Assembly (NCBI GenBank): GCA_965215885.1
Contig: CBDCEW010000058.1
Coordinates: 1 to 11,535, forward strand
From: Candidatus Moanibacter sp.
GTDB lineage: Bacteria; Verrucomicrobiota; Verrucomicrobiia; Opitutales; UBA2987
Reading direction: 5' to 3'
DNA: 11,535 nt
In this document: piece after piece, positions 1 through 6,171 of the stretch
Position numbering within the stretch: the first letter of the stretch is position 1
Layout of the letters: the number at the start of each line of letters is the position of its first letter
Made by a program: the position numbers and the translations under genes
Notes under the pieces: generated by a model
The model's input: the letters and a program-made list of their open reading frames with translations, nothing else
Told to the model about the DNA's origin: nothing
Database searches by the model: none

Positions 1-97
1 GAGCCAGTTTTTGCTTTAATTGTGCCAGGGCCGACTTAGGCGGGCGACCGCATAGAATGTGATTAAACCCAGGCAGGAATCTTGTCATATTTTTCAT
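1..97 (-). CDS. N-terminus (32 codons, partial) of a putative IS4-family transposase
   Basis: ATG at 97-95, open to the window edge: MKNMTRFLPGFNHILCGRPPKSALAQLKQKLA. It starts 87 bp inside the putative IR, directly after a promoter. No DDE motif is visible in this fragment, so the identity rests on context. Confidence 0.6.
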   Translation of the reverse strand, partial: MKNMTRFLPGFNHILCGRPPKSALAQLKQKLA

Positions 98-103
98 ACA
101 ACA

Positions 104-132
104 AGATTAGCCTACTAACGGTCATAGTACAA
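104..132 (-). promoter_or_regulatory. Sigma70-like promoter of the putative transposase, probably giving a leaderless mRNA
   Basis: Minus strand TTGTAC (132-127), 17 nt spacer, TAATCT (109-104), preceded by A-tracts. The ATG at 97 lies 7 nt from the -10 box and has no Shine-Dalgarno sequence. Confidence 0.55.
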
Positions 133-166
133 GCTTTTTTACATATTTTTTACAATTATTTTTGGC

Positions 167-1183
167 TTATCTTAGCGCCATTCGAGTCAGACCCATTTTC
201 GTCTCAATGAAATCCGCACAGAAACGCAGCGAGAACATGATGAGCGATGTCCAGATGAACAGAAATTTGCCCTGCTCCGAAGACAGGATGTTCCCTGTGA
301 TATTTTGAATCCAACCGTCCGTACCCAGTTCTACGGCGCCGACAAGTCCGTGGGCCACGAAGAGGAAGAACAAGAGCCATGATCCGATAGAAAACTTCGT
401 CATGACGGCGACACCGAGCAGCAGTATACCCGCGAGACCGCAGGATAGGCCCGTTGACCAAGATGCATCCTTTGGCATCAGCGAAGGGAAAAACAGAGCG
501 AGCAGAAAGCAAACCACCATAGCGCCCAGAATACCGACTTCTTTGAACATCTCGCTGAGGCTGAGTCCCTCTTCGGCTGCCTCCGATCTCGGAAAATGCT
601 GTTTGAAGAACATCAATCCGTAGATGATCGTCGGAATGAGAAAGAGGGCCAGCTGCCACTTCCAGTAGATGCCAAGCTTATCATCAAGGACCCAGCCGCA
701 GACAGCGCCGAGGACCATTCCGGCCGGCCAGCTGGCATGGAGCAGGTTCAGGTAATGGTTGCGTTTCTCGGGAAAGAGAGTCGCAACGAGCGGATTAGCG
801 ACCGCCTCAAGTGTTCCGTTCCCATAGGCAAACAGAAACATGCCCCAGAAGAGCAGGTCGAAGATCAGGCCTTTATCCATGCCCTCCTGCGGCGCGAACG
901 TCACGAAGGCGGACAGCACATGCGTCGCGAACGCCAGAATCACCAGCTTGCCGAAACCTAGTTTGTCGGCAATCACCCCGCCGACGATAATACCGAAGCA
1001 AAAGCCGGAAAACCCGGCACCGCCGATGGCGCCAAGTTCGAGTCCCGTGAAACCATACTCTCCCGCCCAGTTGTCCAAGATTCCACCGCGAAGGGCGAAA
1101 CCCATGCCGGCGGCCAGAATAGCCGTAAAGCCGGCCAACAACAATCGATTCCGATCGGTGATAGAATTTCGTTTTTCGGACAT
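167..1183 (-). pseudogene. MFS transporter (FucP/GluP-like sugar permease type), C-terminally truncated by the IS
   Basis: About 10 hydrophobic segments, MFS motif-A-like [12 protein letters not shown], and [18 protein letters not shown]. Likely start is ATG 1183 (MSEKRNS; the ORF track extends to 1237). The last residues RMALR* are encoded by the IS end, and the C-terminal helix bundle is incomplete. Confidence 0.8.
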
Positions 1184-1261
1184 TGCGAGAGAATCGAAAG
1201 AAAATGTCATCACCATCGGCTCGTCAAGGGTCATCACGAACGAGTTTCAAAATGAAGATTT

Positions 1262-1420
1262 TCTGAGATTTATCACATCGCAATCGAGAAATTTAGCGTT
1301 CCGGCGGAAGAGATCCTATCTGTCGACGACATGCCGGAAAACGTTCGCACCGCCCACAAGCTGAGTATGTGTGGAGTCGTGATTGATCGCGAGGCGAAGG
1401 AAAGTCAGCCTCCGGCGTGA
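1262..1420 (+). pseudogene. C-terminal remnant of a HAD-superfamily (HAD-IA-like) hydrolase, absent from the ORF track
   Basis: Translates SEIYHIAIEKFSVPAEEILSVDDMPENVRTAHKLSMCGVVIDREAKESQPPA*, which follows the HAD pattern (KP)xxxIY...PEE.LFVDD..EN..A.KLGM (motif IV DD). There is an in-frame TGA at 1253-1255, and motifs I-III are absent. Confidence 0.7.
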
Positions 1421-1475
1421 AACGCCGCCAAGACAAGGAGGATAAACTGCCTGTCCTGCTTTTCATCTCTGGTTC

Positions 1476-1516
1476 GGAAGAAACCCGCCCCTTGCCCCTC
1501 CAAGGAGGGGAACTTG
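1476..1516 (+). repeat. REP-like GC hairpin (CCCCTCC-AA-GGAGGGG), direct copy of 3241-3282
   Basis: ggaagaaacccgccccttgcccctccaaggaggggaacttg versus ggaaagaacccacccctagcccctccgtgggaggggaacttg. Confidence 0.8.
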
Positions 1517-1554
1517 ATAAACGAGCTCCGGAGTGAATATTTATATAATAGAAA

Positions 1555-1582
1555 TTGACTAAAATTAGTCACTAATTAAAAT
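1555..1582 (+). promoter_or_regulatory. Putative promoter of the ATPase gene with an overlapping palindromic operator
   Basis: TTGACT (1555-1560), 16 nt spacer, TAAAAT (1577-1582) in an AT-rich tract. A perfect 7-2-7 palindrome TGACTAA-AA-TTAGTCA lies at 1556-1571. Confidence 0.55.
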
Positions 1583-1609
1583 ACAAATATTTTCGAGTCA
1601 ATAAATGCC

Positions 1610-3004
1610 ATGGATATTCGATTCAGACCACATAACTCCCACTGGGAGGGTTTGGAAGAATTTAACAATCGAGACCCTCACTTAAAGGAGCTTGTAGAGC
1701 AGGTATACGTATACCGTTATCCGCTCCTCGAGCATCTTCCGGTTGGGAAGCCTGGAATTTATTCAATAACCGGAGGCCGTCAGATTGGGAAAACTACCAT
1801 ATTAAAGCTGTGGATGAGAGATCTTCTGGTGATGGGCGTTCCGCCAAAACAGATTGTCTACTTTACTGGTGAACTGATCGACGACCATCACGTTCTCGTT
1901 AGGCTCGTCACGGAACAGCTTGCCGAGGTCGATGAAGACTCAGTGATGTACTTCCTTCTCGATGAGGTCACCTACATTCGGGAATGGGATCGGGGAGTTA
2001 AGTTTCTGGCAGATGCAGGTATCCTTGATCGTGTTGTCCTCGTGCTGACAGGTTCGGATACGGTGATAATTCGTGAAGCCCGCATGCGTTTTCCCGGTCG
2101 CCGGGGAAAGGCACCGGTCGTGGATTTCCACCTTTTTCCCTTAACTTTCTATGAGAGCGTTCAGCTCAAAAGTGATCTGAATTCCATCGAACTGGAAAGA
2201 GTTCGGAGTGACAATTGCTTTTCCTATAGAGGAGTAACTCGACGGCTATTCGAGGCGTTTGAAAAGTATCTGCTCCATGGAGGTTATCTCACCGCGATAA
2301 ATGATCTGGCGCTTCACGGTGAAGTCATGCCATCGACCTACGCCACCTATTGCGACTGGATTCGGGGAGACGTACTGAAACGAGGGAAAGTGGAGAAGTA
2401 TTTACGCGAGATCTTCGATAGCATAATCAAACGCTATGGTTCACAGATCACATGGAATGGTCTAGCTAAGGATCTATCCATCGATCATCCCGCCACGATC
2501 GCGGACTATATAGAACTGCTCTCGCGAATGGATGCGGTCTTCGTGCAACCGGCATTGCGAGAGGATAAGCTTACTGCCGCTCCGAAAAAAGCACGCAAAG
2601 TGATGCTAACCGATCCGTTCATCTTTCACGCCGTTCGAAGTTGGCTGGATCCGGTTGGAAATCCTTTTCACATGCAGGCGGCGCCTCTCCTCAACAGTCC
2701 CGGTTGGGCAGGACGCTTAGCCGAAGCCTGCGCGACTACGCATTATCGACGCTTCTATCCCACCTATTACATCAAAGGAGAGGGGGAAGTCGACATCGCT
2801 TACGTCAAACGGAGACGCTTCTGGCCAATCGAGATCAAATGGACAGGCAACTTGCGTCCCAAGGACCTCAAGCAAGTGAAGAAATATCCAAACAGCCGCA
2901 TCTGCCACCGTTCGTCCGAACTATGCGAAATTCACAGCATACCGGCCGAACCGCTTCCCTACAACCTTCTGCGTTTGGGACCTTCGCCCTTTACGATGGA
3001 ATGA
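1610..3004 (+). CDS. ATP-binding protein, AAA_14 + DUF4143 family, with C-terminal PD-(D/E)xK-like motif (464 aa)
   Basis: Walker A GGRQIGKT, Walker B FLLDEV, LVLTGS, YLLHGGY, a winged-helix-like segment (LAKDLSIDHPATIADYIELL), KKARKVMLTDP, and a nuclease-like GEVD...PIEIK. Confidence 0.88.
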   Translation: MDIRFRPHNSHWEGLEEFNNRDPHLKELVEQVYVYRYPLLEHLPVGKPGIYSITGGRQIGKTTILKLWMRDLLVMGVPPKQIVYFTGELIDDHHVLVRLVTEQLAEVDEDSVMYFLLDEVTYIREWDRGVKFLADAGILDRVVLVLTGSDTVIIREARMRFPGRRGKAPVVDFHLFPLTFYESVQLKSDLNSIELERVRSDNCFSYRGVTRRLFEAFEKYLLHGGYLTAINDLALHGEVMPSTYATYCDWIRGDVLKRGKVEKYLREIFDSIIKRYGSQITWNGLAKDLSIDHPATIADYIELLSRMDAVFVQPALREDKLTAAPKKARKVMLTDPFIFHAVRSWLDPVGNPFHMQAAPLLNSPGWAGRLAEACATTHYRRFYPTYYIKGEGEVDIAYVKRRRFWPIEIKWTGNLRPKDLKQVKKYPNSRICHRSSELCEIHSIPAEPLPYNLLRLGPSPFTME

Positions 3005-3053
3005 GATTTGATATAGTCGCTAATACATCAAGCTGGTTCAAATATTGTTCTAG

Positions 3054-3180
3054 AAATCGTTATCGTTCTCGAATTTCGACTACGATTACGATCGCCTCTA
3101 TGCTCACTCGAAGGTCGTCGTCATAATCGTAGTCGCAATTCGAAAGCACTAGTCGACCTTCGAGGACGATTACGACGACA
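3054..3180. repeat. CGA/TCG-rich hexamer-period repeats forming hairpins
   Basis: atcgttatcgttctcgaa / ttcgactacgattacgat. An 11-bp inverted repeat CTCGAAGGTCG (3107-3117) / CGACCTTCGAG (3154-3164). 3108-3135 matches 3570-3597 at 27/28. Confidence 0.8.
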
Positions 3181-3240
3181 AGTTCTGGCGAGACAAGTCC
3201 CAGTGATAGATTAACGTTCTTTTAGAGGGCAAACAGACTT

Positions 3241-3344
3241 GGAAAGAACCCACCCCTAGCCCCTCCGTGGGAGGGGAACTTGCCGAATTAACTCTCAAGT
3301 AAAAAGGTCCCCTCCCTGGAAGGCGTGCCGCAGGCGGGGTGGGT
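3241..3344. repeat. Inverted pair of REP-like CCCCTCC/GGAGGGG units
   Basis: acccacccctagcccctccgtgggaggggaac (3248-3279), followed by an inverted variant gtcccctccctggaaggcgtgccgcaggcggggtgggt (3307-3344). Confidence 0.75.
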
Positions 3345-3466
3345 GTGCCGTCCTGAAAGGCGTGCCCTCTGAACACATAGGCCAAGCCCACTCTTCCGGA
3401 TAGTCTTCCGCAGCGTCGACCAGAGTCGTGTTCGACAACCCAAGTTACAAATCTTTATGACACCTT

Positions 3467-3850
3467 TCCCATCGTGCCTATAAATCGTGATCTCCAGTCG
3501 ATCTTTTCTTTCGATTTTCGATTACGATTATGACGACGATTTTCGACTAGAAATCGGCTCAGTATTCGTTCGAAGGTCGTCGTCGTAATCGTAGTCGTTG
3601 GTCAAAGGATCGAAGCCATTCCCGCTCTCCAATCGTGTTTCTCAATCGTGATCTCCTGTCGATCTTCTCCTCTTCGAATTTAGATCACGACTATAATCAC
3701 GACGGAAGATCGAACGAGTTCCCACTCCGCGTCTCCCCATCTCTGTGTCTCCGTGTCTCTCCAATTCCCACTCTCCCATCGTGACACTCAATGGTGATCT
3801 TCGAAATCGGCGACAAAGTTGACGACGAAGCTCGCGACAAAGGTACGATT
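3467..3850. repeat. Degenerate array of three ~150-160 bp hairpin-forming units
   Basis: Unit heads TCC(C/A)ATCGTG-N5-(A/C)AAT(C/G)GTGATCT at 3467, 3628 and 3774. 3483-3505 vs 3644-3666 match at 22/23, and 3618-3654 vs 3764-3800 match at 31/37. Each head is followed by CGA-rich complementary arms. Confidence 0.7.
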
Positions 3851-3956
3851 GCGCCCCCCGCGCCACCTCAGTAAATCCCCACTGTTTACTGTTCACCGTT
3901 TTCTGTTCACTTCTACTCTCCCCATCTCCGTGTCACCGTGTCTCCGTGTCTTCCCC
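3724..3956 (+). repeat. Short tandem repeats of 8-bp (TCTCCGTG-like) and 7-bp (ACTGTTY-like) period
   Basis: 8-mers at 3724-3763 (actccgcg tctcccca tctctgtg tctccgtg tctctcca) and 3917-3956 (tctcccca tctccgtg tcaccgtg tctccgtg tcttcccc). 7-mers at 3881-3908 (actgttt actgttc accgttt tctgttc). Confidence 0.85.
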
Positions 3957-3957
3957 C

Positions 3958-5034
3958 CTACCCCTTCGATAGTTTCCCCTCGATCAGGTCTTCGAGTTTA
4001 TCGATATCGGCGGCGAAGCGACGGATGCCTTCGGCGAGCTTCTCGGTGGCCATGGCATCTTCGTTGAGGAGCCAGCGGAAAGCCTTTTCATCAAATTCGA
4101 GTCTTTCGATAGGATCATTCTTCGCCTCTTCAGCTCTGAGCTTACGTTCCACCGGCGCGGTCGACTCGGCGAGCTCGCCGAGCAAGGCCGGGCTTATCGT
4201 AAGGAGATCGCATCCGACGAGTTCGAGGATCTCACCGGTGTTCCTGAAACTGGCGCCCATTACTTCCGTTTCGTAGCCGAATTTCTTATAGTAAATATAA
4301 ATACGATTAACCGATATTACCCCGGGGTCATTCGCGCCCACATAGTCCTCGCCGGTATCAGCCTTGTACCAATCGAGTATTCTACCGACGAAGGGAGAGA
4401 CGAGCGTTGCTCCGACCTCGGCGCAAGCGACGGCCTGAAGGAGAGAGAACATCAGTGTCATATTACAGTGAATTCCCTCCTTCTCGAGGACCTCGGCGGC
4501 ACGCGCGCCTTCCCAATTGGAAGCGATCTTGATGAGGATTCGTTCGCGCGGTATACCAACGCTCTCATAGAAGCCGATAAGCTCACGCGCCTTGTCAACG
4601 GTCCCTTCTATATCGAAAGAGAGGCGGGCATCGACCTCCGTAGACACGCGGCCAGGTATGATTTTCAGGATCTCACACCCGAAGAGAATGAGAAGCTCAT
4701 CTACTATTCTGTTTAGTAGCGACTTTCGATCAGAGGATTCGCGCCTGCCCCAGCCGCTCACGCGCCTTGTCAACGGTCCCTTCCAAGGATCGACCTCCTG
4801 CCTTATCAACCCGGAAGCTCATCTACTAGTTTAGTAGCGGCTTTCCAGAGAGTATTCAAGATCCATCTAGGCACAGCCTGAGTAAATGAGGGATGGGTTG
4901 GTGGTCGCGTCTCGCGGCTCGTACACCCTCATAGAACCAAAATCTCCTGTATCCGCAACCACAGTGGTATGCTTCTTAATCTCTTCGAGTTGGCTACTCG
5001 CCGGCGCCGCAACAATTTGACCTGCTTCGCTCAT
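3958..5034 (-). pseudogene. tal: Transaldolase (TalB type), interrupted as assembled; may be an intact gene with a consensus error
   Basis: ATG at 5034 with GGAGA at 5048-5044. The N-terminus has TTVVADTGD and DATTNPSLI. The same frame continues to [21 protein letters not shown] (Schiff-base Lys), [15 protein letters not shown] and VMGASFRN. Three in-frame stops (4869-4867, 4833-4831, 4821-4819) lie in or beside a duplicated segment. Confidence 0.9.
4756..4857. repeat. Compressed colinear duplicate of 4581-4740 inside tal
   Basis: Blocks in the same order: 4756-4783=4581-4608 (28/28), 4789-4798=4630-4639 (10/10), 4814-4828=4692-4706 (15/15), 4829-4845~4711-4727 (16/17). Confidence 0.95.
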
Positions 5035-5256
5035 GTTCTGCTATCTCCATTAATGCTCTGTCCCAAGTTCCGAGAATCTGACCCGCTCACAAAACTAACC
5101 GAATCTATCGGATAAGAAAAGCCCCTTTTAAGCCCGGAATTCAATCCCAATGAATACTCCCCGTCCCGGCTAACCGTGGACTGGGTATCTAGCTCTTTTG
5201 CCAATAGGTTCGTAACAGCCTTTGCTCATTAGGAAATTGAAACAAACGTCCCCGGA

Positions 5257-5308
5257 CCCGCCTCCGCGCCGACCGGAATCCCACTTGGTAGAGCTACGGC
5301 GTGGCAAG
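5257..5308 (-). mobile_element. 52-bp palindromic mini-element inserted in the REP-like unit
   Basis: Absent from the paralogous copy at 9973-10065. The minus strand reads CTTGCCACGCCGTAGC...GCGGAGGCGGG. Confidence 0.6.
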
Positions 5309-5315
5309 GGGGCCG

Positions 5316-5354
5316 CCTGCCTCGGCGTAGTTGCGCTCGCGCAACGAAGACGGG
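5316..5354 (+). mobile_element. 39-bp palindromic mini-element of the same family, opposite orientation
   Basis: Absent from the paralogous copy. It reads CCTGCCTCGGCGTAGTTGCGCTCGCGCAACGAAGACGGG, and its ends match the 52-bp element at 12/15 (5') and 8/10 (3'). Confidence 0.6.
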
Positions 5355-5684
5355 TTCCACCACTAACATCCTTGCTACGGGTGGATCGGGCGCTCCGCGC
5401 ACGATGACAATTGGGTCAAGTCAGCGATCCAATCCCGGCATGCCGCGACGAGCGAGTCGACTGTCTCGTCGAAGTCCTGTCCTATCCCTTGGGAAACCCT
5501 CTTCCCATTCGTTGCCCTTCATTTCCCGGCCTGCCGGGACTCTCTCTCCCTTTCCACTTTCATTCTTTCCATCCGTGGTACTGCGGAGCCATCCGTGGGT
5601 ATACTCTTCCTCTCTTATCCGCTGTTGTCTCTTGCGCCATCTTCTCCCCTGCAAACTTACTAGAGTTTTCCGGGCAATTATAGA

Positions 5685-5713
5685 TTGACAAGGCACCCAC
5701 TTGCGCTAGCTAT
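5685..5713 (+). promoter_or_regulatory. Putative rplM-rpsI promoter
   Basis: Perfect -35 TTGACA at 5685-5690. The -10 box is weak or ambiguous (TAGCTAT, 5707-5713), about 20 nt before the rplM ATG. Confidence 0.4.
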
Positions 5714-5733
5714 TGCTCCCTTTTGCATTGGGA

Positions 5734-6162
5734 ATGAAAAGCTATCTAGCAAAGCCGGCTGACGTTCAGCGCAAATGGTATCTAATCGATGCTTCGAATG
5801 AGGTATTGGGACGCCTGGCAGTAAAGATTGCCAACATTCTGCGTGGACGCAATAAGCCCACATACACGCCACATGTGGATACGGGAGACTTTGTCATTGT
5901 TATCAACGCGGATAAGATTCAACTCACGGGAAAGAAAGAAAAACAAAAGAAATATATGTTTTACAGTGGATGGATGGGAAACGAAAGGTACCGCACCGTA
6001 GAACAGATGCGTGAGTCCAAGCCGACTTTTATTCTTGAACACGCCGTCAAAGGCATGCTACCGAAGAACCGACTGGCGCGACAGATGATAAAGAAGCTGA
6101 AGATTCACGCCGGGACAGATCATCCGCACGCGGCTCAGAAGCCCGAACCGCTCGTGCTCTGA
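5734..6162 (+). CDS. rplM: 50S ribosomal protein L13 (142 aa)
   Basis: MKSYLAKP start (ATG 5734), RKWYLIDA, LGRLA, KPTYTPHVDTGDFVIVINA, AVKGMLPKNRL, HPHAAQKP. Confidence 0.99.
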   Translation: MKSYLAKPADVQRKWYLIDASNEVLGRLAVKIANILRGRNKPTYTPHVDTGDFVIVINADKIQLTGKKEKQKKYMFYSGWMGNERYRTVEQMRESKPTFILEHAVKGMLPKNRLARQMIKKLKIHAGTDHPHAAQKPEPLVL

Positions 6163-6171
6163 GTTCATAAG

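Larger units (their letters stand above)
1..184 (-). mobile_element. Left end of a probable IS4-family insertion sequence (continues beyond the window start)
   Basis: The minus strand from 184 reads CGAATGGCGCTAAGATAAG (184-166), which resembles the AATG...TAAG terminal inverted repeats of the IS4 subgroup (IS4 itself: TAATGCCGATCAGTTAAG). Composition switches abruptly to AT-rich. The MFS frame stops 5 codons after the junction, and a promoter and ORF point inward. The other end and any target duplication are outside the window. Confidence 0.7.
5243..5426. repeat. REP-like doublet (GGTGG foot + mismatch hairpin), copy 1, left unit interrupted by two insertions
   Basis: 5243-5256=9973-9986, 5309-5315~9987-9993, 5355-5361=9994-10000, an 18-bp spacer, 5380-5405 identical to 10019-10044, and a similar right flank. 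Confidence 0.9.

Noticed and set aside
204..1364. Alternative ORFs overlapping the MFS gene (204-659, 402-623, 596-961, 840-1364)
   Set aside because: Shadow or antisense frames of a GC-rich coding region, with no recognisable motifs.
3054..3956. CRISPR array
   Set aside because: The repeats are degenerate, of several types and irregularly spaced. There are no constant-length unique spacers and no cas genes.
3170..4276. Short ORFs at 3170-3391, 3642-3896, 3819-4067 and 3938-4276
   Set aside because: They are translations of repeat tracts or antisense to tal; low complexity and no convincing starts.
3958..4809. 283-aa ORF-track protein as a complete transaldolase
   Set aside because: Its first ~18 residues come from the out-of-frame duplicated block, and it lacks the conserved DTGD and TTNPS motifs, which lie upstream at about 4885-4965.
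4819..4869. Stop-codon recoding or an intron in tal
   Set aside because: Three different stops (TAG, TAA, TGA) occur and other genes use all three normally. The extra sequence is a copy of tal itself, with no intron-like structure.
5243..5430. tRNA or riboswitch
   Set aside because: No cloverleaf, T-loop or known aptamer consensus. The structure is explained by the dispersed repeat and its two insertions.
5222..5696. ORFs at 5222-5407, 5404-5688, 5411-5683 and 5421-5696
   Set aside because: They span the REP doublet and the pyrimidine-rich tract. Several overlapping frames are open simply because of composition.
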